Source: Candidatus Methanomethylicia archaeon
GTDB taxonomy: Archaea > Thermoproteota > Methanomethylicia > CALHIW01
Reading direction: 5' to 3'
NCBI GenBank assembly: GCA_038845975.1
Contig: JAWBQF010000049.1
Coordinates: forward strand, 1 to 12,635
Length of the DNA: 12,635 nucleotides
Part shown: positions 1 through 7,600 of the stretch, in pieces
How the letters are laid out: every line of letters starts with the position of its first letter
Numbering within the stretch: the first letter of the stretch is position 1
The notes under the pieces: model-generated
What the model was told of the DNA's origin: nothing
The model's database searches: none
Seen by the model: the letters and a program-made list of their open reading frames with translations, nothing else
Program-made: the position numbers and the translations under genes

Positions 1-273
1 CCATCCCTCTATTGGCCTCACATCAATTCTTATTCCCTCAATCTTTTGAATCCAACGCCATACTGATACATGGCCCACATCAACAACCAGACAGACGTAG
101 CAATATCCCTATAACTAAGCCATGTAGAGAATACATGCCCTCAACTTCTTTTAAGCGAAACCTTATCTGAAAACTCCTTTATCTCTTAGGGCTTTGAGAA
201 GCTTATCTTATTAATATCACCTCCAAAGAATAACTTCTCAAAGCCCTCTCAAAAATCTAAAAGTAACAGTATC
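1..273 (-). mobile_element. IS6-family insertion sequence, left end and frameshifted transposase N-terminus (continues beyond window start)
   Basis: Minus strand, joining frames, reads KLLKALRDKGVFR*...KKLRACILYM/LSYRDIA/VDVGHVSVWRWIQKIEGIRIDVRP, matching the archaeal IS6 HTH pattern LY..GLSYR.....VSH..VW.W.QK. RBS GGAGGTGA at 224-217. Terminal sequence GATACTGTTAC (273-263) resembles archaeal IS6 inverted repeats as I recall them. Confidence 0.8.
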
Positions 274-326
274 ACAGCTGCCCTCCACTAACTTTTAATC
301 CAACATTCCAGAAACTTAACGTCGTC

Positions 327-779
327 CTAGCCGAAGGAAACGCGAAGGATACCAAACCAGCATCGCCTGCAAAGGTATTTAAAGGGGGCATCTATCTTCT
401 TAGCTAGGAGTTCAATCTTGGCCATATACATATCCACCTTATACTCTTCGAGGATCCTACCATCTCTTTCGAACTCCAAGATTTCGGCGACAATCTTAAG
501 CTCCCTCCTAAGTATCTTCTCTAGAAGTCTGAGGTACCCGTTATTTTCGGAGCATGGGTAATCCTTCCAGCCGAGCCACTCCCAGGCCTCCCAGTCAATT
601 GAGAATTTTAGAGTCACGTTTTCGTCGACCGCTATCTGGTATGGTGAGGCTAGCGCTAGAATAGCGTTGAGCACCGGTATAGCCCTCCTTAAGACCTCAG
701 CCTTACACTTCAGAAACCTCCTTTCAGACTCCTCAGCCCTCTGTCGCCACACACCCCTTATCGGCACATTTAAAGCCAA
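327..779 (-). CDS. hypothetical protein, possibly from an integrated element; start uncertain
   Basis: 150-codon ORF, visibly more GC-rich than the rest of the window, charged helical composition (LRLLEKILRRELKIVAEILEFE). No family recognised. An upstream in-frame ATG is separated by a TAG, so it may be damaged. Confidence 0.5.
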   Translation of the reverse strand: MALNVPIRGVWRQRAEESERRFLKCKAEVLRRAIPVLNAILALASPYQIAVDENVTLKFSIDWEAWEWLGWKDYPCSENNGYLRLLEKILRRELKIVAEILEFERDGRILEEYKVDMYMAKIELLAKKIDAPFKYLCRRCWFGILRVSFG

Positions 780-905
780 AAGCCATACGGACTTAAACTA
801 GAAGCTAATAGGACTCATAATGCTGCTGGATTTATAGGCCTCTTCAATGTTATTTTATTAAAGGCTTAATACAGGGTATTTATTGAGTTAATTTATGGTG
901 GTGAG

Positions 906-1051
906 ATGCCCGATTTTCCAAATCAACAAGGGAAAGTAATTGAGGAATTAAGGAGAGAAAGAGTCTTAAAAATCGGCTAGTAGATTGGCTTATTGGGGCT
1001 GTGATCGGCTTCTTCATTAGTAAACTATTGAGCTTCCTCTTCGGTCTATAG
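906..1051 (+). pseudogene. small protein with C-terminal transmembrane helix, one -1 frameshift
   Basis: GGTGGTGAG RBS then ATG 906: MPDFPNQQGKVIEELRRE, stop at 978; the -1 frame continues KSLKNRLVDWLIGAVIGFFISKLLSFLFGL* (TAG 1049-1051). Confidence 0.55.
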
Positions 1052-1182
1052 AGCCTATAGGCTAGAGGGACATCGAGTATAATACAATAGCAATCTTTAA
1101 CTGCTAGATCGAACAATAAATTACTGTTGATGCCCAGACCATGGGAAGTAAGCCCATTAACGAGATGAAGGGCACCAGAACT

Positions 1183-1210
1183 AGGGGTTTGAGTCCCTTC
1201 CCCGGCTCCA
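1183..1210 (+). other. tRNA 3'-end fragment (T-arm, acceptor 3' strand, U discriminator, CCA); Cys-like; possible att site
   Basis: AGGGG-TTTGAGT-CCCTT-CCCCGGC-T-CCA gives exact tRNA spacing (5-bp stem, 7-nt loop, 7-nt acceptor strand, N73, CCA). No GCCGGGG 5' strand upstream; T-loop has T in place of C56. Confidence 0.65.
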
Positions 1211-1218
1211 CATTCTAA

Positions 1219-1254
1219 AGCCAAAATGAGCTAGAATTGAGCTCTTTTTTGGCT
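1219..1254. terminator. hairpin with T-tract directly downstream of the tRNA fragment
   Basis: AGCCAAAATGAGCT (1219-1232) / AGCTCTTTTTTGGCT (1240-1254), 7-nt loop, T6 run in the right arm. Confidence 0.45.
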
Positions 1255-1692
1255 AAAAGTCACTAAAATCTTTGCTTGTTTTTGTATATTAAATCTATTT
1301 CACTTCTAGATTATATAGGGGATAATGGGTATAACTTACTTTAACACCCTTTAGACATAATAAATGTTCAATTTGATAAAGATCCTGTAGGAAACAAGGA
1401 CGTCTTCGCCTCCAGCTTGTTTCTTTTAATTTGCTTTATCTTGTACTTTTCTCTTAAAGAAAATAATTTCTTCAGATTTCAGAATGCGCCTGCTTTCTAT
1501 CCGCTTCTTGCTAGTTTTTAGATAACGATATCTGCTCTTGACTATACCACTTACAGAACAAAAATACGGGATAGAGAGTAAAACACTACTAACTACTTGA
1601 TTATTAAGGCATGGGATATAAGAATATCAATTTAGTATGGGTTAAAGTTGAAAATTAATAATAAATTAACTGATTAAGCTCTCTATATGGGG

Positions 1693-3156
1693 TTAAGCTT
1701 TAAACTTCTCTAATACTTTAAGAGCTGCTTCAACTGGTTTATTGGGATTTTGTTTAACTTCATCATCGATACTTGACGCTAAATCATTCCATAGAAATAC
1801 TTCACGAATCCATTTCTGAATATATCCTTTAAGGATATGTTGGGTCTCTCTACATGATTTAAGTATTTGGTAGAGTTCATTTAGGCTTCTAGCAGATGTA
1901 TTGCTGAATCTATATGAGAGATGTTCTGGTAAATATATTTTCCATGCATATTCACTTATTTTCTCAGAATACTTCCTAAATACTTCTCTGTAAAAAAGTA
2001 TAAGCCATGATGTAAAGCTCGTATATGCATCAATATCTTTCTTGAATGGGCTGAAATACATGTGTACATCTCCTGAGGATCCATACTTTGAGGATATGTA
2101 GTATAGATTATCACTAATACCCATATATCTCCAGTGTTTAAGATATGGGTTACCGAGAGCCTTAACATATGGTTCAAGATATTCATAGAGTTGTAATGCT
2201 TTAATTTGAAGAGAATTACCAATCCATGCTGTTAAATCCTTCTCAGCATTAGCCCAGCTTAACGTATATTGTGGTGGAACATCAATAACATCTACAGGCT
2301 TCAATAGGTTAATAGCCTCACTAAGAGTTAAGGTTTCAACCTCCCTCTCTCTAAGTTTTCTCGGTAGATATTTTAGAAACTCCATTATACCTGTTTCAGG
2401 CCATTGATGCTCACCGAATGTTTCATAATCTATAGCTATAAATACTAGGTCTCCAGGCGATTCAGCAATCCAGTAGGCATATTTATCAGCTGTTAACGGG
2501 TATTGATCCCATAGCCTATTTGAAAATCTGAATGCAATATCATCACTAAGCCTATAGTTTCTAACGAGAAGTTTAAGACCACTACCGTAGGCATTATAAA
2601 TATGGTTTGAACTCCTCCATGCAAGTATACGTTCAGCCCCCTCAGTAACAGCTGCATTGAAATTCATACTCCACAGTTTCAACCCTATATCATTATTATA
2701 TATGAACTCAGTAGTATCCGTTACATTAGGTCTTATGTTGAAAACTTCCTCTATTAAGCTTCTATTCATAGCTATCTGCTCAGCCATTTCATCGAGATGT
2801 TGAAGTATTGGGGATATACTATGATAGTATGTTTGAGCAGCAAAACCAAATCCAAGATTAACTGTTTCCCTTAATAGTTCAATAACATCTCTACAGTAAT
2901 GTAAAGCAGATTCAATCCATACCCCGCTTACACTAAATGTAGCTTTAAACCCTGAGGTTTTAGCCTCCTCCAATATGATTTTGGTTGCGGGTATATAGCA
3001 TTTTTTAGAAGCTCTAATAAATACCTCCCTATTAAGAGAATGATCATACATATCCTCTAATCCATATTTAACGTAGTTAGAGAGATTGAATGCTGTAAAT
3101 GGTTTAAGTCTTACTGGCTGATGTATTTTAAACATGAAGGCAACATATTTAACCAT
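1693..3156 (-). CDS. glycoside hydrolase family 57 (alpha-amylase type)
   Basis: GH57 motifs HQPVRL, KCYIPA, QTYYHS, TTEFIYNN (nucleophile Glu), IDYETFGEHQW (acid/base Asp), SWA; short C-terminal helical extension (ARSLNEL...KWIREV). TTTATATG about 24 nt upstream of the ATG. Confidence 0.95.
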   Translation of the reverse strand: MVKYVAFMFKIHQPVRLKPFTAFNLSNYVKYGLEDMYDHSLNREVFIRASKKCYIPATKIILEEAKTSGFKATFSVSGVWIESALHYCRDVIELLRETVNLGFGFAAQTYYHSISPILQHLDEMAEQIAMNRSLIEEVFNIRPNVTDTTEFIYNNDIGLKLWSMNFNAAVTEGAERILAWRSSNHIYNAYGSGLKLLVRNYRLSDDIAFRFSNRLWDQYPLTADKYAYWIAESPGDLVFIAIDYETFGEHQWPETGIMEFLKYLPRKLREREVETLTLSEAINLLKPVDVIDVPPQYTLSWANAEKDLTAWIGNSLQIKALQLYEYLEPYVKALGNPYLKHWRYMGISDNLYYISSKYGSSGDVHMYFSPFKKDIDAYTSFTSWLILFYREVFRKYSEKISEYAWKIYLPEHLSYRFSNTSARSLNELYQILKSCRETQHILKGYIQKWIREVFLWNDLASSIDDEVKQNPNKPVEAALKVLEKFKA

Positions 3157-3208
3157 AGTTGTAAGCTATATTGAAACATATAAACTTAATGACTTTAAAT
3201 CAGATATA

Positions 3209-3249
3209 AGCTTAATCAATTCATTTATCTATTAGAGGCTATGAGAAAC
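3209..3249. repeat. intergenic mosaic of copies of neighbouring coding sequence
   Basis: 3225-3249 is identical to 4034-4058 (25 bp, direct); 3209-3225 is the exact reverse complement of 3528-3544 (17 bp). Confidence 0.9.
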
Positions 3250-3254
3250 TTCAA

Positions 3255-3343
3255 CTACATACTAAATCTACGTTACAAATTTGGACCTGACAACTTAAGA
3301 AGAAAGCTACAAAATACGTTAAGTTGCTACGTCTACAAATTTG
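3255..3343. repeat. hairpin repeat family, one partial plus one full unit
   Basis: CAACTTAA (3291-3298) / TTAAGTTG (3319-3326) around GAAGAAAGCTACAAAATACG; CTACGT(C)TACAAATTTG occurs at 3268-3283 and 3327-3343; homologous to 7601-7658 and 7737-7772. Confidence 0.8.
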
Positions 3344-3380
3344 AAGATAAAATTTAAAAGAATAGTAGGTAGTGGTATTT

Positions 3381-3623
3381 ATGGATTGCTTTTGCTCTTC
3401 AACATCTCTACGTATACTAGCAATTCTACATCTTCACGCCGCTACAAATCCTGAAACTGCTTTAACATTATCTGAAATCCTTAAATATATACCTGAAGCT
3501 AGAGAGAATGAATTAGAGAATACTCTTAATGAATTGATTAAGCTAGGCTATATTCTGGAGGCTAATAAACGATACTATATAACACATATAGGTTCTCTCC
3601 GATTAATGTCTATTTATAGTTAG
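3381..3623 (+). CDS. small winged helix-turn-helix protein, putative regulator
   Basis: LRILAIL...ALTLSEILKYI...ELENTLNELIKLGYILEANKRYYITHIG is a typical wHTH pattern. ATG 3381 preferred over GTG 3372 because AATTTAAAAG lies about 24 nt upstream. Confidence 0.8.
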   Translation: MDCFCSSTSLRILAILHLHAATNPETALTLSEILKYIPEARENELENTLNELIKLGYILEANKRYYITHIGSLRLMSIYS

Positions 3624-3631
3624 GTGTCTTG

Positions 3632-4210
3632 ATGAATATTGCTGTATTAACACATGAGTATAATGGAGGTATTGGATGGTGGGTTAAGAATGAAGCTGAA
3701 AAACTAGCCCAGCATGGAGTTAAAATAGCTATTATATATCCCTCAGAGTATGAAAATATAACTATAGATGGAAACATTACTATATACTCGGTATCCACAA
3801 TAGTTAAAACATATCTTAACATAGTTGTAAGAGCATTAATATTGATATCTGATTTTACAAGAGCATTCTCAAGACTTGTATATGACTATGGATTTAACTT
3901 TAACCTAATATATACTCATGAATGGATAGCTGGAATTTCCGGAGTAGTTTTAAAATCTATCTTTAATAAGCCGTTAATAGCTTCAATTTATAGTACAGAG
4001 TATATGAGAAGCTCTGAGGTTGGATTATTACAGTTATCTATTAGAGGCTATGAGAAACAAGTTTTCGAGGAGGCTAACCTTATCCTAGCTAAAAGTAGAA
4101 ATACACTACTAAGCATATCCAGTGATTATGGTATTGGTAAAGAGAAAATTGTTGAAGCTCTCAATATAGATGAAGCTGTAGAAACTGTTATTAAGGTGTT
4201 TAATATATGA
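3632..4210 (+). CDS. glycosyltransferase family 4 N-terminal domain-only protein
   Basis: IAVLTHEYNGGIG, IYTHEW, KPLIASIYSTEY parallel the next gene's LSWEYPP..GGL, IHAHDW, KPLVVTMHSTEY. No C-terminal EPFG..E domain. Stop overlaps next start (ATGA 4207-4210). Confidence 0.85.
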   Translation: MNIAVLTHEYNGGIGWWVKNEAEKLAQHGVKIAIIYPSEYENITIDGNITIYSVSTIVKTYLNIVVRALILISDFTRAFSRLVYDYGFNFNLIYTHEWIAGISGVVLKSIFNKPLIASIYSTEYMRSSEVGLLQLSIRGYEKQVFEEANLILAKSRNTLLSISSDYGIGKEKIVEALNIDEAVETVIKVFNI

Positions 4211-5397
4211 AGATTCTACAGTTTTTAAGCTGGGAGTATCCCCCAAGAATTGTTGGTGGACTTGCACGTCATGTCTACTGGCTTTCAAGAGAGCTTGCAA
4301 GGAGAGGTATTGATGTTATTGTTGTTACTCTAGATTATCCTGGAGCGCCTAGAGTTGAGTATGTTAACGGTGTAAGGATTGTAAGAGTGAGAAGCTATGT
4401 ACTTCCATCACCTGACTTCATATCATGGGTTCATCAGTTCAACATGTGGATGATTAAGGATGCTTTAAATGAGCTTCATGATGTCTCAATAATTCATGCT
4501 CACGACTGGCTTTCAGCTCTCTCAGCTATAACTCTTAAACATGCCTTAAGAAAACCTCTAGTAGTAACCATGCATTCAACAGAGTATGGTAGGAGAGGAG
4601 GAATATTCAATGATTTCCAGAGACATATACATGAAGTTGAATGGTGGCTAACCTATGAGGCATGGAGAATTATTGTATGTAGTGAATACATGAAGAGGGA
4701 GGTTATAAACGTATTTAACCTACCTAGCGATAAGATTGATGTAATTCCCAACGGTATTAATCCTATTAATCTATCAAAACCTATAGATACTATCAGGATT
4801 AGGAGAAAGTATGCTGAGGACTGGGAGAAAATTGTTTTGTTTGTCGGTAGACTTGTTCATGCAAAGGGTATTCACATATTTGTTGAGGCTGGAATAGACC
4901 TCTTAAAGAGGAGAGATGATGTAAAGTTTGTTGTTGTCGGTGATGGTGTTCTCAGGGAGGATATGATGAGAATCGTTTCTGAAAGAGGGGTTTCACATAA
5001 ATTCTTCTTTACAGGATTTATTAGCGATAACGATCTAAACGATTTATATAGAGTATGTGATGTTACTGTTTTCCCAAGTCTCTATGAACCCTTCGGAATC
5101 GTAGCTCTTGAAGCAATGTCAGCTGCAAAACCTGTAATAGTTTCAGATGTTGGTGGACTTTCAAACCTAGTAGTAGATGGATTCAACGGACTTAAAACAC
5201 CTCCAAACAACCCCTACATTTTAAGTAGAGTCATAGAGAAGGTAATATCTGATCCAGGATTCGCTGAATATCTAGGAAGAAACGGATTTCACCATGTATA
5301 TAAAAACTATACATGGGATAAAATAGCGGACATGACGCTTAAAACATATAGTAGAGTTATGGAGGAGTATAAGAAGTCAAGCTGGTATGCTAAGTAG
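4207..5397 (+). CDS. glycosyltransferase family 4 (GT-B), glycogen synthase-like
   Basis: SWEYPPRIVGGLARHV, HAHDW, VIPNGI, LFVGRLVHAKG, PSLYEPFGIVALEAM, SDVGGL motifs; adjacent to GH57. Confidence 0.95.
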   Translation: MKILQFLSWEYPPRIVGGLARHVYWLSRELARRGIDVIVVTLDYPGAPRVEYVNGVRIVRVRSYVLPSPDFISWVHQFNMWMIKDALNELHDVSIIHAHDWLSALSAITLKHALRKPLVVTMHSTEYGRRGGIFNDFQRHIHEVEWWLTYEAWRIIVCSEYMKREVINVFNLPSDKIDVIPNGINPINLSKPIDTIRIRRKYAEDWEKIVLFVGRLVHAKGIHIFVEAGIDLLKRRDDVKFVVVGDGVLREDMMRIVSERGVSHKFFFTGFISDNDLNDLYRVCDVTVFPSLYEPFGIVALEAMSAAKPVIVSDVGGLSNLVVDGFNGLKTPPNNPYILSRVIEKVISDPGFAEYLGRNGFHHVYKNYTWDKIADMTLKTYSRVMEEYKKSSWYAK

Positions 5398-5496
5398 TCT
5401 CCACTATAAGTAGTTAGGAGAACTCTAAATAAGACCTATGTTTACGGAGCTACTGTTAACTCCATAATGGTTAAATACTGGTATGTATATAAATTT

Positions 5497-5715
5497 ATGT
5501 CATTTCTGGAGGAGCTCGATAGGTAGAGGAGGCTTGAGATATTAGAAGGCAAATGGCTGATTGGAACCTTATTGAGAAGCAACTCCCAAGAATAAGGGAA
5601 GCATTAAAATACTATATTGAAATAGGGATATAGGGATTGCATGTAGACTAGCAGGTATGGATCTTGAGGATTCTGCTATCTTTTAAGAGAAACTAAAATC
5701 CCAGTTATTGTTTGA
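5497..5715 (+). pseudogene. small crenarchaeal helical protein (UPF0175-like, antitoxin-like), disrupted
   Basis: Reconstructed MSFLEELDR*RRLEI/RRQMADWNLIEKQLPRIREALKYYIEIGDIGIACRLAGMDLED/FCYLLRETKIPVIV*. In-frame TAG at 5524 and two frameshifts. TTAAATA upstream. Family recalled from the ADW...PRIR.AL.YYIE.GD...A..LAG..LEDF..LLR..KIP pattern. Confidence 0.7.
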
Positions 5716-5803
5716 GTCTGTCTGAAAACTTCATAATTAATTATGGTTAACTTATTAACCTAAATACATAACTAGCAAAATTCAAGAGTTTTCAGACGAG
5801 TTC
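5714..5803. mobile_element. 90-bp MITE-like element
   Basis: Perfect 11-bp inverted repeat GTCTGAAAACT (5720-5730) / AGTTTTCAGAC (5787-5797); flanking GTTT direct repeats at 5710-5713 and 5804-5807; no ORF inside. Confidence 0.6.
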
Positions 5804-5888
5804 GTTTAACTATTCGGTAATTAGTAGAAATTATTTATAGTAGGATTAATCATGGTATGGATTGAAAAATGGTATTTGCTAAGATTAT

Positions 5889-7544
5889 CTATAATTTTCT
5901 CCTTAAATATCTAATTATTTCGTAAACAGTAACTATAATTATTGCAATATTTGAAGCTATTAGTACTGTATGATATAATGGTTCAATCAATTCGAAAATC
6001 TTCATAAAGTCGTATAGTATGTATACTTGTAGTATTATTGTTAATCCTCCAATAACTAGATCTAAAGCTTTTCCAAAGTTTTCACTAATTCTCTGTGAGG
6101 GAGTTGAAATAGAGCTAATAATGCTTCTATACAGGCTTCTTAACGTTAGTATAAATACTATTAAAGTTGCTAGAGAACAAATAATACTTATAGCTATAGA
6201 TATGATTGGTGGGATTACAAGTTCTTTAGCCAAGTATTCAGATACTGTGCTTATGTAGGATAATACTAGCATTACTACTACAAATCTTATTATTACTGAT
6301 ATTGTCGATATCATCGTATCGATACGTTTAAGATATTCTGTAGATATTACATCGAAAACATCTATTATAAATCTTGGAAGTACGGATTCCAATCTATACG
6401 TATACATAATACCTTTCGGTATTATAAACCCAAAAAATGTTAATGAAGTTAAAACTGAAAACGTCACTATAGCTACGGTACTACTTGGTATGATTCCCTC
6501 TAAGGCTAGGGCATCTACGAAAACTATACCTATCTCACTTAATGGGCATAGGAGGAGAGCTAACATACTGCTTTTACTTATACCACTACCTGAAAGCCCT
6601 ACACCTAAAGTAATACCTAATATTCTTGTCAATGTAGCTATAAAGCCTATTATTAACCCCTTAATAAATACATCAGCAATATTCAGCATATTAAATACAT
6701 CTAAACATAGTTGGGAGCCAAGCGATGTAAAATATAGTAGAATCCCTACATCTCTAAGACCTCTTAACATTTCAGATATATCAGTAAGATCTTGAAATGC
6801 TGAAAAACATATTCCTGCTATAAATGCTCCAAACAATGGTGGAAGCCCTATAATACTAGCTATTGTAGCAAAGAGTAATGCAACAATAATGGATAGGAAA
6901 AATCTTCCCTCTTTATCACGGATAAATGGGCTTCTAGCTAAGAATCTAAGAGAATATTTAGAAATCAATAGGAAAAATATTGTTAGCCCTCCTATACGAA
7001 GAAGCCATGAAACAATCTGAACTGATTGAAAAGAAGAGAAGCCAGCTACCATTAAAACAGTAAATAATGCAAATTGCATTAAATCCTCTAAACTAGTTTG
7101 AGTAATAGCTAAGCTTCTTATATTTGAGATGTTAACTTTCGATATAGCTACTATAGCAATTGTTGAACTATTAACTATGATTAGGAAAATTATAATTCTA
7201 TCGATAAAGCTTAAACCAAGAGCATACGCAGTTAAACCACTAATAACCCATATTACAATGTAGGAAACAAGTTCAGCAGCTACTACACGATGAATAGCTT
7301 TAGAAAGCTCTCGTATACCAATAGATGCTCCAATTTCAAATGCAAACAGTATAAGTCCTAACAATCTTAAAGGCTCACTATAAGCAATACTTTGCTTCAC
7401 ATCAACGCTAAAAAATCTCATTAAAAACACCGCAATAAAACCACTAAAAACTAAACCCATGGTTTCAGAAAATCCAAATCTTCGCATAATCCACGCTAAG
7501 AAAACACCTATAACAAGCGGGAATAGTATAACTGAAATCTCCAT
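5889..7544 (-). CDS. cation:proton antiporter (CPA2/KefB-like, Na_H_Exchanger domain)
   Basis: Highly hydrophobic 551 aa; LGLILFAFEIG, NSSTIA, TSLEDL, GLPPLFGAFIAG, LYFTSLG, CPLSEIG motifs; additional C-terminal hydrophobic helices. Confidence 0.9.
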   Translation of the reverse strand: MEISVILFPLVIGVFLAWIMRRFGFSETMGLVFSGFIAVFLMRFFSVDVKQSIAYSEPLRLLGLILFAFEIGASIGIRELSKAIHRVVAAELVSYIVIWVISGLTAYALGLSFIDRIIIFLIIVNSSTIAIVAISKVNISNIRSLAITQTSLEDLMQFALFTVLMVAGFSSFQSVQIVSWLLRIGGLTIFFLLISKYSLRFLARSPFIRDKEGRFFLSIIVALLFATIASIIGLPPLFGAFIAGICFSAFQDLTDISEMLRGLRDVGILLYFTSLGSQLCLDVFNMLNIADVFIKGLIIGFIATLTRILGITLGVGLSGSGISKSSMLALLLCPLSEIGIVFVDALALEGIIPSSTVAIVTFSVLTSLTFFGFIIPKGIMYTYRLESVLPRFIIDVFDVISTEYLKRIDTMISTISVIIRFVVVMLVLSYISTVSEYLAKELVIPPIISIAISIICSLATLIVFILTLRSLYRSIISSISTPSQRISENFGKALDLVIGGLTIILQVYILYDFMKIFELIEPLYHTVLIASNIAIIIVTVYEIIRYLRRKL

Positions 7545-7600
7545 AAACTCGCCTATATATTCAAAGTCTAGATTTAAACTTACTGGGGTGCTTAATTTTA

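Noticed and set aside
94-104. AGACGTAGCAA shared with the hairpin repeat arm (7601-7611)
   Set aside because: Only 11 bp, inside IS6 coding remnant, no second arm or loop similarity; treated as chance.
995-1210. tmRNA-like pairing of GGGGCTG (995-1001) with CGGCTCC-A (1203-1210), including G3-U70
   Set aside because: That register leaves three extra nt after the T-stem whereas the Cys-like register fits exactly; the 5' motif is explained as codons GAVIGF of the small TM gene; no GAC after GGCTTC.
880-1224. 114-aa minus-strand ORF
   Set aside because: Shadow of the tRNA fragment and of the + strand TM gene; no integrase motifs recognised.
1340-1560. possible eroded transposase C-terminus on the minus strand (NLKKLFSLREKYKIKQ...) and TTTAACACCCT end-like motif
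   Set aside because: Too degraded to assign, and the end-like motif faces the wrong way for that gene.
3209-3343. CRISPR array or mini-array (GTAGTTGAAG resembles repeat 3' ends)
   Set aside because: No regularly spaced identical repeats with unique spacers and no cas genes; hairpin loops are conserved between copies rather than variable.
1956-6795. ORFs 1956-2222, 3610-3822, 4109-4300, 6019-6258, 6490-6795
   Set aside because: Alternate-frame or antisense shadows of well-supported genes.
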